Source: an uncultured Candidatus Entotheonella sp. | Lineage (GTDB): Bacteria; Tectomicrobia; Entotheonellia; Entotheonellales; Entotheonellaceae | Length of the DNA stretch: 64,000 nucleotides | Assembly (NCBI GenBank): GCA_965215335.1 | Contig: CBDCDA010000002.1 | Span: 416,001 to 480,000, forward strand | Direction: 5' to 3' | Part shown: one piece after another, positions 18,653 through 28,138 of the stretch | How positions within the stretch are numbered: the first letter of the stretch is position 1 | How the letters are laid out: each line of letters opens with the position of its first letter | Program-made: the position numbers and the translations under genes | The notes under the pieces: model-generated | Database searches by the model: none | The model's input: only the letters and a program-made list of their open reading frames with translations | Told to the model about the DNA's origin: nothing

Positions 18653-20653
18653 ATGAAGCATTTCTCGAGGTGCCACTCCCGAAATCTGAAGGTCGTACTC
18701 TTCGCTGTTCCGGCCCTGTTGCTCATTCCGGTACTTTATTACTCACTGACTACCCCGTTTGCCCTGACTGATGACTACAAGTCCTGGAGGCATGTCCAGA
18801 TACTCGACAGTTCAGAACAGTTCCTTGGCTGGCTCTATCACGAGTTCCTGAGTTCGGACCCGTATTCGGACCCGTATTCGGACCTCTGGAGATACTGGCC
18901 TCTTCGGGTCTTCTCCGATGCGGTCGCGTGGAAAGTCTTCGGCGTAACTCCATGGTTGCATCATCTGAGCAGGTGGGTAGTCCACTTTAGCTCGGTCTTC
19001 ATGTTTGCGGCATCCTTTCTCTGTCTATTGAAACAAGTGGGAGGGTATTTTTCAGTTCCCGCCGAGCGCGGCAGGGTTTACCACCCATTGCCGCTCCTGC
19101 CGCTTGGCTTACTGGTGTATCTCTGGCTCTTCTTCCCGAACTCGCCGGCTTCCCGGCTGTCTACCCAGGAAGTTCATACGGTGTTCTTCCTCGGCCTGTA
19201 CAATTGGATGGCAGCGCTCATGCTTTTGGGTGAAGGCAACGGGAGATGGACCCGATCGGCGCTTCTGAAATACGGCCTGTTCTGTCTGGGCTGTCTCGGC
19301 CTCTCTTTGTCCAAAGAGGTCAACGTCGCAGTTTGTGCTTGGATGCTGGTCTCCTACTATGCCTTGCTCTTGTGGCGGCGGGGGGGGGGGGATAGCTGGA
19401 GGAAGATTCTGGCTGGCATACCGCTTGTCTCAATTTTCTTCTTGACTTTCCTCAGGGTATACGCAGCCTCAAAAATCACTAAGGTCGGCTACGGGCAGGA
19501 TATAACCAAGGACCTGTTCATCCAGAACATGGTGGAAATTTGTAAAGGACTATTTCAGGTTGATACGTCCCTCTGGATTACCACCGGTTTCGTCATTCTC
19601 TCGGCCACGTTGCTGCTCGCCGTCGTCATAAAGATCGTTAACCGGCGACTCGACAATGAACTCGTTTTCATCTTGTTTCTCCTGGGCCAATTTGTAAGTA
19701 TGTTCCTCATCCTCAGCTTCTCCTGGGGCGTCGTTCTTCGCTACTGGTATGTCCTCATTCCCATTTTCACAACGCTGCTGGCTTTCTCTGCCAAATTCAT
19801 CTTGGAAGCGATCGGAGGGTATTCGAGAACGCTTGCGAACGCAGCAACGTTTACATTGACCAGCTTCATGATTTTCTTTATCGGATGCAACTATTACAAT
19901 TTTTCGTTTCAAACAGTTGTCCAACATAGTTTGCGTAACGCCGAGGCAAGGCTCATTTCCGAAATTTCCCGCCTTCTCGATCAGGGTGAATATGTTCAAA
20001 TACTAGGTTTAGGGACGGAATATGGTTACAACCTCATAAATGGCTTTGTTGATTTTTCAAGCTACTTTTATGACAAAGATTACAAAATACATACAGACAA
20101 ACCCAAAGCAGACCAAGAGTACTACTTCGTCAGTAGGTGGAAGCTACCCGGCAAAAGAGACGTCACATCGATAGCCAATCAGAGAAATTACCCAATTTTG
20201 TCGTACGCCTCACGGACAGCGGTTGCTTTTCAAGGAAAACAGCCGTTCCGTCAAGCAGACGCTGGCGTCGCGGCGTTCGACAGCTATCAGTGGAATATTC
20301 ATAAAATGACAGGTGTAGGTGGACCCGACGAGCTTCTGATTCGTTCTGAATTCGATGTGTATTTCAACCACTATGAGAACAGTCTCGTGTACGTCAAGGA
20401 ATCGTGCAGTAGGGCGGACACGAAGGCGCGATTCTTCCTGCACGTCATCCCGGCCGATGTCAATGACTTGCCCGAGCACCGAAAGCAATACGGCTACGGC
20501 AACCTCGTCTTCAACTTTGACCGGCTCGACGTGCAATTTGATGGGAAGTGCATGGCAAGGCGTGGCCTCCCGGGGTACGCCATCACCAGCATCCGCACTG
20601 GCCAGTTCGTCCCGGGTAAGGGTCGAATCTGGGAGGCGGAGTTTCCTTTCTGA
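18653..20653 (+). CDS. Low-GC polytopic membrane protein, GT-C-like glycosyltransferase with a C-terminal soluble domain
   Basis: First TM followed by a DD motif (ALTDDY), then RYWPL, LSKE and RYWY; about 11-12 TM segments. Soluble tail FDVYF...YVKESC...RFFLHVIP...IRTGQF...IWEAEF. Confidence 0.65.
   Translation: MKHFSRCHSRNLKVVLFAVPALLLIPVLYYSLTTPFALTDDYKSWRHVQILDSSEQFLGWLYHEFLSSDPYSDPYSDLWRYWPLRVFSDAVAWKVFGVTPWLHHLSRWVVHFSSVFMFAASFLCLLKQVGGYFSVPAERGRVYHPLPLLPLGLLVYLWLFFPNSPASRLSTQEVHTVFFLGLYNWMAALMLLGEGNGRWTRSALLKYGLFCLGCLGLSLSKEVNVAVCAWMLVSYYALLLWRRGGGDSWRKILAGIPLVSIFFLTFLRVYAASKITKVGYGQDITKDLFIQNMVEICKGLFQVDTSLWITTGFVILSATLLLAVVIKIVNRRLDNELVFILFLLGQFVSMFLILSFSWGVVLRYWYVLIPIFTTLLAFSAKFILEAIGGYSRTLANAATFTLTSFMIFFIGCNYYNFSFQTVVQHSLRNAEARLISEISRLLDQGEYVQILGLGTEYGYNLINGFVDFSSYFYDKDYKIHTDKPKADQEYYFVSRWKLPGKRDVTSIANQRNYPILSYASRTAVAFQGKQPFRQADAGVAAFDSYQWNIHKMTGVGGPDELLIRSEFDVYFNHYENSLVYVKESCSRADTKARFFLHVIPADVNDLPEHRKQYGYGNLVFNFDRLDVQFDGKCMARRGLPGYAITSIRTGQFVPGKGRIWEAEFPF
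18853..18884 (+). repeat. 12-bp tandem repeat TTCGGACCCGTA x2.7 (SDPY-SDPY-SD)
   Basis: Seen directly; in frame within the CDS. Confidence 0.9.
19380..19391 (+). repeat. Poly-G12 homopolymer inside the CDS (currently in frame)
   Basis: Twelve consecutive G; the reading is ...WRRGGGDS... Confidence 0.9.
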
Positions 20654-20819
20654 TAGCTGGCGGCACGGGTAGCGGTGTCGGTCTGCGCCTGTTGGCCAGC
20701 AGTGACGGAGTCGCGGTCTGGCGAGGTAGAAATACAGAGCAGTTCAGGCAGGACCGGCGGCTGGGGCCATATCATGTATCATGCTGGATCATGTGATGCT
20801 GGCACAGCGACAATCCGAC

Positions 20820-21006
20820 CTCCTGGCGCTGAAAGACCTGCTGAACCGCGGGCGAAGCAAGCGGCTTCCGGTGCGTGTACGTGGACGTCGAGGCCGCCCA
20901 GGCGCACCGCGAAGACCTGAGCGGCGCGATGCGCACCATTCTTAAGGCTTGGGAAGGCAGCTTTGGTCTCGCCGAGCCGGCGAGCAGCGGGAAGGCCGCG
21001 CCATGA
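20820..21006 (+). pseudogene. Fragment of an AAA-type ATP-binding protein joined to a short C-terminal remnant
   Basis: LLALKDLLNR, then (+1 G at 20850-20852) GEASGFRCVYVDVEAAQAHREDLSGAMRTILK, then WEGSFGLAEP...* with an ATGA overlap onto the SDR start. Family recognised from memory. Confidence 0.45.
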
Positions 21007-21746
21007 ACGGCGGCATCGAAACAGCGCTGATCATCGGCGCCACGTCGGACATCGGCCGCGCCATCGCCCGCCGGCTGGCGGCGGACGGCTGCGCCTTGCA
21101 ACTCGCGGCGCGCGACCCGGAAAGGCTCGAACGGGACGCGCAGGATCTGCGCGTCCGCACCGGCATCGTCGTGACCCTGCACCGCTGCGACGTGCTCGAT
21201 GAAGACGGCGGCATCTCGTTCCTCGATGACCTCGACCCCCTGCCCGACGCAGCGGTGTGCGTCGTCGGGCTGCTCGGTGAGCAGGCGGAAAACGAGCGCG
21301 ACGGCGCGGCTGCCGAGCGGGTGATGCGGACCAACTATGTCGGCCCCGCCCTGCTGCTAGGCGCGCTGGCCGGACGCTTCGGGCACCGCGGCAGCGGCGT
21401 CCTGGTCGGCGTCAGCTCGGTGGCCGGAGACCGCGGGCGCGCCGCGAATTACGTCTACGGTTCGGCCAAAGCAGGGTTCACCGCGTTCTTGTCGGGGCTG
21501 CGCAACCGGCTGGCCGCCTCCGGCGTCCACGTCGTGACCGTCAAGCCGGGCTTCGTGCGAACCCGCATGACCGACGGGATGAACCTGCCAGTACGGCTGA
21601 CCGCGGAGCCGGAGGAGGTCGCGGACGCGGTCATCAAGGCGGTCCGCCGGCGCCGCGACATCATTTATGTGCGCCGCGTCTGGCGCCTGATCATGCTCAT
21701 CATGCGCGCCATCCCCGAACGCATGTTCAAACAGATGAAACGGTAA
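21003..21746 (+). CDS. SDR oxidoreductase, DprE2-like (polyprenyl-phospho-pentulose reductase family)
   Basis: Motifs IIGATSDIGRAIA, SSVAGDRGRAANYVYGSAKAG and VKPGFVRTRMT. Confidence 0.82.
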   Translation: MNGGIETALIIGATSDIGRAIARRLAADGCALQLAARDPERLERDAQDLRVRTGIVVTLHRCDVLDEDGGISFLDDLDPLPDAAVCVVGLLGEQAENERDGAAAERVMRTNYVGPALLLGALAGRFGHRGSGVLVGVSSVAGDRGRAANYVYGSAKAGFTAFLSGLRNRLAASGVHVVTVKPGFVRTRMTDGMNLPVRLTAEPEEVADAVIKAVRRRRDIIYVRRVWRLIMLIMRAIPERMFKQMKR

Positions 21747-21787
21747 GGTTCGGAAGAACATCGTATCATCGGACGAGACTTCCAAGG

Positions 21788-21816
21788 TTGACACGGGCAC
21801 GGCCATTGTCTATAGT
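21788..21816 (+). promoter_or_regulatory. Sigma70-type promoter of the tRNA operon
   Basis: TTGACA - 17 bp - TATAGT. Confidence 0.85.
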
Positions 21817-21874
21817 GTCGTCCTCGGCTGTTTTCCACCGGGAGGGTTTGACGCCGCGGCTTCATGCTCTGGAA

Positions 21875-21947
21875 GGGCGGGTAGCTCAGTCGGGAGAGCA
21901 TCGGCCTTACAAGCCGGAGGTCACAGGTTCAAGCCCTGTTCCGCCCA
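21875..21947 (+). tRNA. tRNA-Val (TAC)
   Basis: Acceptor stem GGGCGGG/TCCGCCC, D arm TAGCTCAG, anticodon loop CT-TAC-AA, T loop GGTTCAAG. CCA not encoded. Confidence 0.97.
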
Positions 21948-21957
21948 TCCGATCTTC

Positions 21958-22031
<74 letters not shown>

Positions 22032-22038
22032 TTGATTC

Positions 22039-22067
22039 AAAGGGATTGCACCCTGTGCAATCCCTTT
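22039..22067. terminator. Bidirectional intrinsic terminator
   Basis: Perfect 13-bp stem AAAGGGATTGCAC-CCT-GTGCAATCCCTTT followed by AATTTT, between convergent units. Confidence 0.88.
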
Positions 22068-24888
22068 AATTTTGTCCGGCTACCAGTTCCGGCTCCCCGC
22101 ACAGCGACAGCACCTGCTGACGGGCGGCAGCGCGCAGAGCCGCCGCCGCGGCCAGGTCATTCCCTGACGGCACAATCGGCTCGCCAATCAGGACCCGCAG
22201 GGCGCCGCGGCGCGGAAACCATTGGTCGGAGCGGAGAATGGACCGGGTGCCCCGTATCCCCACCGGCACCACCGGCACGCCGGCCCGCGCGGCGACCAGG
22301 AAGGCGCCTAGACGGAAGGACTGCAAACCCGGCATGCGAGTCAGGGTACCCTCTGGAAAAAAGACAACGGAACGCCCCTGCCGCACGACCTGCAGCAAGC
22401 GGTCGGCATCTTCGACGCCACGTTGGGTATCGAAACGCTCCACGAACTCGGCGCCAAGACGCTTGAGCAGTACACGCGCAAAGAATTGATCGGCCAGTTC
22501 GTGCTTGACCACGTAGCACGCCTCGCCTGGATGAATCGACATCAGGACAAATCCGTCCAGATAGCTGGCGTGATTGGCGACGACCACGGCGGGACCGGCT
22601 CCGTCCAGGCGGTCGAGACCCTCCACCCGCAAAGGCAGGCCAAGGAGCCGCCGCATGAGGCGGGCAGTGGCTCGCGCCAGGGCGTGGCGCCAGGACAACC
22701 CGGGCGTGACGATCAGAAGCTTCCAGACCACGAGCAGGCACAAACCCGCCAGGGTCCAGAAATATCCGGCATACAGGACGCCGCCCGCGCTGCGGGCAAA
22801 GCGGCCTGGCTGAGATGACAGGCCACCGATCGCAAGACGCGCCAGTTGCCACCACACGGCGCGCGGCCGTCTGCCCAACACACCCTGCTCGTAGCGCTCG
22901 CGACTGGCGCCGCGGCGCAGCTTGCCGCTGGAGGTCTTGAGAACGCTGCCGGGCGGTGCCAGCACGACATCGTCCGCCGGCATGCCCAGCAAGTCGATGA
23001 CGATGTCGTTGATCCGGCTGCGCAACTCCGCCAGCTTCGCAGGCGTCGTCTCGCGCGTCTCGGAAAGGACGACCAGCCGTTCGGTGCCGGTAGCGGGGTC
23101 GGTGCTGCCGAAGACGGCGCTGCAGCCGCGGCGCAGACCCGTCACCCCGCTCAGGGCTTCCTCGACTTCCTGAGGATAGATGTTGCGCCCGGCGCGAATG
23201 ATCATGTCCTTGGTGCGGCCCGTCAGATACACCATGCCGCCGGCGATGTAGGCCCTGTCGCCGGAATCCAGCCACTCCCCATGGAACAGGTCCCTGGTCG
23301 CTTCGGAGTTGCGGTAATAGCCCTGCGTGGTCGAGGGGCCACGAAACTCCAGGCAGCCCTCCTGGCGCTCGCCCACCTCGTATCCCATGGCGTCGACAAT
23401 GCGAATCTGGTAGCCCGGCAACGGCTGACCGCTGCCGACAACGTGCAGCGCGGCGGGGTCGCCCGCATCCACGGGCACGGCCTGGCCGCTGCGCATGAGC
23501 GCCTCGCGGTTGACGTGATCCACCTGCGGCAGGCTTCCCGTCGGCGGAAAGGCCAGGCCCAGTGCGACCTCGGCCAGGCCGTACACCGGCTTCATCGCCT
23601 GCGGTCGAAAGCCGTACGCGGCAAAGCGCTCGCTGAAGCGGGCCATGGTGCGGGCGCTGACGGGCTCGGCGCCGTTGAAGGCGTAGCGCCAGGCGCTCAG
23701 GTCCAGACCCTCGAGGTCGGCGTCGGCAATGCGGCTGACGCACAATTCATAGGCGAAATTCGGCCCCGCCGAAATGGTGCCGCGTTGCCTGTGGATGGCC
23801 CACAGCCAACGCGCCGGCCGCGCCAGAAACGTCAACGGCGACATCAGGACCAGGTGGCAGGAGAAGTACAGGCTGCCGAGCCAGGCGCCGATCAGCCCCA
23901 TGTCGTGGTATAGCGGCAGCCAGCTTACGAACACGTCCGTCGATTCGATGCCCACCACCTGCCCCATGACCCGGATATTGGCCAGCAGGTTGTCGTGCGT
24001 CAGGACCACCCCCTTGGGATTACCGGTGCTGCCGGAGGTGTATTGCAGGAAGGCGATGTCGTGCGGGCGAACGGGATGACGGTTCAGGCTTCCGCCGCTC
24101 TGTGACAAGGCCTCGACCGTCAGCACGCTGTGCAGGCTGTCGACCTGCGCCCGCAGCAACCGCGCCAGGGACTGGGCTTCCGAAACGGTGATCAGGGCGA
24201 CGATGCCGGCGTTGGCGAGAATGTGGATTTGGCGGCGCAGGTGGTCCTCGATCTGCGACAGGCGGACGGGCGGGTAGATGGGAACCGGAATGCCGCCGGC
24301 GAGCAGGATGCCGAAAAATCCGGCGAAGAATTCCCGCCCGGTCGGCAGCATCAGCGCCACGGTCTGCTGGGGTTGCAGGCCACGCGCCTGCAGGCCGGCA
24401 GCCACCGACTCGGCGGCGCCCTGCAAGTCGGCGTACGTGATCGTGTCGGCCTGCTCTCCGTCGATCAGCGTGATGTGCGGCCGCTCGGGATGCTGCCGGG
24501 CGTGCCACGCCAGGGCGTCAATCAGCGTGCCGGCCGCGCCTGGCGCCTCCCCCACGGCTCGCGGCTCGCTGCCGGATACCGCCGGCACGTCCGCTGTCTG
24601 GATACCGGCACTCGCTTGGCGCAAGGCGTGCAACAAATCGCGCGGGACGTCGGCGTTGACGGCCGCCTGCTCCGGCAGGCGCACGCCAAACGCCTGCTCC
24701 AGGCGGTGCAGCAGTTCCATGCGTTCCAGGCTGTCAAAGCCGAGGTCACGGTCCAGAAGGCTGTCGAGGGTAACCGAGGCCGGGTCGGAATGGTATGGGT
24801 GCAATTCGGACATGAGTTGCCGGACGACGCCGAGCAGCACCTCGACGGGTTGCCGCGTGGCGGTCGATTCCGGCGAACCGCCGGGCAT
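22066..24888 (-). CDS. Tri-domain acyl carrier protein / fatty acyl-AMP ligase / PlsC-type acyltransferase
   Basis: ACP motif LGFDSLERMEL; FAAL motifs FLQYTSGSTGNPKG, SWLPLYHDMGLIG, YGLAE and KTSSGK; acyltransferase motifs NHASYLD and FFPEGT. TGATG overlap with folD. Confidence 0.9.
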   Translation of the reverse strand: MPGGSPESTATRQPVEVLLGVVRQLMSELHPYHSDPASVTLDSLLDRDLGFDSLERMELLHRLEQAFGVRLPEQAAVNADVPRDLLHALRQASAGIQTADVPAVSGSEPRAVGEAPGAAGTLIDALAWHARQHPERPHITLIDGEQADTITYADLQGAAESVAAGLQARGLQPQQTVALMLPTGREFFAGFFGILLAGGIPVPIYPPVRLSQIEDHLRRQIHILANAGIVALITVSEAQSLARLLRAQVDSLHSVLTVEALSQSGGSLNRHPVRPHDIAFLQYTSGSTGNPKGVVLTHDNLLANIRVMGQVVGIESTDVFVSWLPLYHDMGLIGAWLGSLYFSCHLVLMSPLTFLARPARWLWAIHRQRGTISAGPNFAYELCVSRIADADLEGLDLSAWRYAFNGAEPVSARTMARFSERFAAYGFRPQAMKPVYGLAEVALGLAFPPTGSLPQVDHVNREALMRSGQAVPVDAGDPAALHVVGSGQPLPGYQIRIVDAMGYEVGERQEGCLEFRGPSTTQGYYRNSEATRDLFHGEWLDSGDRAYIAGGMVYLTGRTKDMIIRAGRNIYPQEVEEALSGVTGLRRGCSAVFGSTDPATGTERLVVLSETRETTPAKLAELRSRINDIVIDLLGMPADDVVLAPPGSVLKTSSGKLRRGASRERYEQGVLGRRPRAVWWQLARLAIGGLSSQPGRFARSAGGVLYAGYFWTLAGLCLLVVWKLLIVTPGLSWRHALARATARLMRRLLGLPLRVEGLDRLDGAGPAVVVANHASYLDGFVLMSIHPGEACYVVKHELADQFFARVLLKRLGAEFVERFDTQRGVEDADRLLQVVRQGRSVVFFPEGTLTRMPGLQSFRLGAFLVAARAGVPVVPVGIRGTRSILRSDQWFPRRGALRVLIGEPIVPSGNDLAAAAALRAAARQQVLSLCGEPELVAGQN

Positions 24889-25745
24889 CAGGGAGCCTCC
24901 CCGGACAGCACAACCTCCGCCGCAGTGAGGGTTTGCGCCAAGAGCGTGGCAATGGTCATCGGCCCGACACCGCCGGGAACGGGCGTGTAGGCGGCGCACC
25001 GGTCGATCACGCCGGTCAACTCGATATCCCCTGTTCCGCCCTGGTGGTAGCCGGCATCGACGACGACGGCGCCATCCGCGATCCAGTCACCCTTGATGAA
25101 TTGCGGCTTGCCGACCGCACCAACTACCAGGTCCGCCTGCCGCACGACGTCGGACAGACGCGGCGTGCGCGAGTGGCAGATGGTCACCGTGGCATGGGCG
25201 TTCAACAGCATCATGGCCATCGGTTTGCCAAGAATGGGACTGCGTCCGACCACGACCGCCCGCTTGCCCTCGATCCGAATGTCGTAATGCTCCAGGAGCC
25301 GCATGATTCCGGCCGGCGTGGCGGAGCCGTAAGCCCGCTGGCCCATTGCCAGGCGGCCAAAACCGTGGCACGTCACGCCGTCGACGTCCTTGCCCGGCCG
25401 AATGGCGTCAAAGCAGCGCCGCTCGTCGACCTGCGACGGCACCGGATGCTGGAGCAGGATGCCGTGGACGTCCGGGTCGGCGTTCAGGCTGGTGAGGGCG
25501 TCAAGGAGTTCCTCGGTACGGGTCTCCTGCGGCAATTCCACGCGCCGCGACTGCATGCCAATTCGCCGGCAGGCGCTGCGCTTCATGCGGACGTATACGG
25601 CCGAGGCAGGGTCGTCACCTACCAGGACGGTGGCGAGCGTTGGCCCCTTGCCACCGGTCTGCGCCAGCAGACCTCGGACTCGCTGGGCCAGCTGGGCCTC
25701 CAGCTCTTTCGCAAGCCTTTTGCCATCGAGAACGATACCGGGCAT
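24888..25745 (-). CDS. folD: Bifunctional methylene-THF dehydrogenase/cyclohydrolase
   Basis: Motifs [31 protein letters not shown] and [11 protein letters not shown]. Confidence 0.97.
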   Translation of the reverse strand: MPGIVLDGKRLAKELEAQLAQRVRGLLAQTGGKGPTLATVLVGDDPASAVYVRMKRSACRRIGMQSRRVELPQETRTEELLDALTSLNADPDVHGILLQHPVPSQVDERRCFDAIRPGKDVDGVTCHGFGRLAMGQRAYGSATPAGIMRLLEHYDIRIEGKRAVVVGRSPILGKPMAMMLLNAHATVTICHSRTPRLSDVVRQADLVVGAVGKPQFIKGDWIADGAVVVDAGYHQGGTGDIELTGVIDRCAAYTPVPGGVGPMTIATLLAQTLTAAEVVLSGEAP

Positions 25746-25810
25746 TCCGTTTCCTTCGCGTCATGCGTTCGACAGCGTCACTTCCCACGCGCTTCGGTCG
25801 GCCGCCGGGA

Positions 25811-26437
25811 CTATGACGCGGTTGCAGGGCGGCCATCGTAACTTTCCCACAGGTACCACGTCGCGATGGTGCGGTAGGGCACCCACTTGCGGGCGTGCCG
25901 CTGCATGGTGGAGACGGCGGGCATTCTCTTGTACCCGTAGACCCGTTGAATTGCCTTGCGGATACCCAGGTCGCCCACGGGAAACACGTCGAGGCGGCCC
26001 AGGGAGAAGATGAGAAACATTTCCGCCGTCCACACGCCGATGCCCCTGACCTGCGTCAGTTGCCGCCTCACCTCTTCGTCGCTTAGCGTGGCGAGCGCCG
26101 CGAGTTGCAGGCCACCGTCGCCCGTCTTGCTCGCCAGGTCCTTGAGCGCGGCCCGCTTTTGACGCGACAATCCCAATCGGCGCAGCGTTTCGTCCGGGGC
26201 GGCGAGGATGCCCGCGGGCGTCACAACGCCGGCGTCGAACAGCGCTTCCAGCCGCTCGGTGATAGTGCTGGCCGCCCGGCCGCTCAATTGCTGCGCAATG
26301 ATCGCCCGGCACAGGGCGACAAACGGGTCCGTGTCGCTCGCTTCCAGGGTGCACGGGCCACAGCGCGCCATCAGGTCTGCCAACCGCGGGTCGGCGTTGC
26401 GCAGATGGGCGATGGCGCTGTCGTAGGAAGCATTCAT
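25811..26437 (-). CDS. DNA-3-methyladenine glycosylase, AlkA family
   Basis: AIIAQQLS, HhH motif VRGIGVWTAEM, FPVGDLGI and WVPYRT. Confidence 0.9.
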   Translation of the reverse strand: MNASYDSAIAHLRNADPRLADLMARCGPCTLEASDTDPFVALCRAIIAQQLSGRAASTITERLEALFDAGVVTPAGILAAPDETLRRLGLSRQKRAALKDLASKTGDGGLQLAALATLSDEEVRRQLTQVRGIGVWTAEMFLIFSLGRLDVFPVGDLGIRKAIQRVYGYKRMPAVSTMQRHARKWVPYRTIATWYLWESYDGRPATAS

Positions 26438-26453
26438 GCCGCGGTCTCGCCGG

Positions 26454-26481
26454 TTGTCACGATTCGGGGCAATGCTATAAT
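26454..26481 (+). promoter_or_regulatory. Sigma70-type promoter upstream of the YceI gene
   Basis: TTGTCA - 16 bp - TATAAT with extended TG. Confidence 0.65.
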
Positions 26482-26579
26482 GCCGCCTTCTGCATGCGAA
26501 AACCAGTGGCCCGTGGTCAGGGTTTGGTTTTACCGACCACCGGACACCAGCCACTGACCACTAAATGAGGAGGTAAGAC

Positions 26580-27182
26580 GTGTTTGTCAAACGGTGTGCT
26601 TCGTTCGCCCTGGCCCTTGTTTTGACAATGGGTTTCGCCGGCAGCGTCTGGAGTGCGGATACATACGTTGTGGACGGCGCCCATGCCTACGTCGGCTTTA
26701 CCGTCAGCCACTTGGTCATCAACCGGGTCAGAGGCACCTTCAACGACTTCACGGGCACGATCATCTACGATGCGGACGACATCACGAAGTCCTCGATGAG
26801 CGGTGCCATCAACGCCGCCAGCATCGACACGGCGCATCAGAAACGCGACCAGGATTTGCGCGGCGAGGGCTTCTTCGAGGTGGATAAGTACCCGCAAATT
26901 ACCTTCGAGACCACTCGCGTCGAGGCGGGCGGCGACTCCCCGGTCCTGCATGGAACCCTGACCATGCACGGCGTTTCCAAAGAGGTGGCAATTCCGTTCC
27001 GCGTTACCGGCATCGTCGAGTTTGCCGGCAAGATCCGCCTTGGCTTTGAAGCGCGGCTCGAACTGAACCGGCAGGATTATGGCATTTCCTACTCCAGGCT
27101 GATGGACGCCGGCGGGTTGGTGGTCGGCAACGAGGTGGCTATTGAACTGACCGGCGAAGCGATCAAGATGACCGGAAATTGA
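26580..27182 (+). CDS. YceI family polyisoprenoid-binding protein (signal peptide)
   Basis: Motifs YVVDGAH...FTVSHL...VRGTF, SIDT...RDQDL and GTLTMHG. RBS GAGGAGG. Confidence 0.93.
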   Translation: MFVKRCASFALALVLTMGFAGSVWSADTYVVDGAHAYVGFTVSHLVINRVRGTFNDFTGTIIYDADDITKSSMSGAINAASIDTAHQKRDQDLRGEGFFEVDKYPQITFETTRVEAGGDSPVLHGTLTMHGVSKEVAIPFRVTGIVEFAGKIRLGFEARLELNRQDYGISYSRLMDAGGLVVGNEVAIELTGEAIKMTGN

Positions 27183-27207
27183 ACTTGCCGACCCGTGGCA
27201 AGGTGCG

Positions 27208-27240
27208 GCCGAGACGAGTGAAGATGGTACTCGTCTCGGC
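27208..27240. terminator. Hairpin between convergent genes
   Basis: Perfect 12-bp stem GCCGAGACGAGT/ACTCGTCTCGGC; only a weak U tract. Confidence 0.6.
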
Positions 27241-27245
27241 TGGTT

Positions 27246-27677
27246 TCATCCCCGCCGTCCCACCCTGTAGGCGTCAACGATGGCGTACACCCACCACAGG
27301 GGGACGATGACCTTGGCCAGGGATGATTGCAGAACCACGATGGCCGCAACACACGCCGCGGCACCGCCAAGCAGAACAAGACCCTTCGCCACCTGTCCGT
27401 TGTAAAACTGTCCCAGCCCGCAGATGAGCGACAGCACCGCCGCCAGCCACGGACGCCAGACGCCGTGGTGCGCGACATGGGCCCGGGGCGGCGTTTGGGT
27501 CACGTGGGTCGGCGCCCACGCCCCGCCCGTGAACGGTGTCTCGGGCGGGGCGCTACCGCTGGCGGCGGACAGAGCCTGCACCACGCCGATAGGCAGCGCC
27601 GTCCCGCAGTGCGGGCACGCTTCCGCTGTCTCCGCCACGTGCTCGTGACAATGCGGGCAGTGAACAAAAATGGCCAC
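27246..27677 (-). CDS. Zinc-ribbon protein with a C-terminal TM2-like membrane segment
   Basis: CPHC...CPHC followed by PWLAAVLSLICGLGQFYNGQ...AIVDAY. Confidence 0.8.
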   Translation of the reverse strand: MAIFVHCPHCHEHVAETAEACPHCGTALPIGVVQALSAASGSAPPETPFTGGAWAPTHVTQTPPRAHVAHHGVWRPWLAAVLSLICGLGQFYNGQVAKGLVLLGGAAACVAAIVVLQSSLAKVIVPLWWVYAIVDAYRVGRRG

Positions 27678-27703
27678 GCCGGGATCTCCCGTCGCCTGAC
27701 GTA

Positions 27704-27739
27704 CCGCTTCCCTGTCCCGTCGCCGGGACAGGGAAGCGG
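27704..27739. terminator. 16-bp perfect hairpin just after the J-domain gene
   Basis: CCGCTTCCCTGTCCCG-TCGC-CGGGACAGGGAAGCGG; no U tract on the transcribed strand. Confidence 0.55.
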
Positions 27740-27747
27740 AAAGGCTT

Positions 27748-28098
27748 TCAGTGCTGCTTGAGGATGGTGTAGGCTTGTCGAATGGCTAGCGTCTTGCGGT
27801 GCGCGAGCTGCTGAAACTCGTCACCCAGGTGACTGACGCGGTCCGGGTGATACCTGAGCAACTGGGCTTTGTAAGCCTCGTGAATCTCCTCCGACGACGC
27901 GCCGGGCTCCAGTTGCAGCACCCGCCACGGGTCCAGCGATTCGGCCCTGCCGGTCTCGGCAGCTCCGTCGCGGCCATTCGCGGCTCGCGAATACGCGCCG
28001 GTGAACGAGGATGTCAAGTGGGCGCGCAATCGCCGCAGCAGCCAGAAGGTGCCCATGAACATGAGGCTGTAGAGGACAAAACGCATCAGCCAGGGCAT
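27748..28098 (-). CDS. Membrane-anchored J-domain protein (DjlA-like C-terminus)
   Basis: N-terminal TM; DPWRVL...YHPDRV. Confidence 0.88.
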   Translation of the reverse strand: MPWLMRFVLYSLMFMGTFWLLRRLRAHLTSSFTGAYSRAANGRDGAAETGRAESLDPWRVLQLEPGASSEEIHEAYKAQLLRYHPDRVSHLGDEFQQLAHRKTLAIRQAYTILKQH

Positions 28099-28138
28099 GT
28101 CGTCATCCCCTCGCCCGCCTGGCGGAACCGGCGACGGC

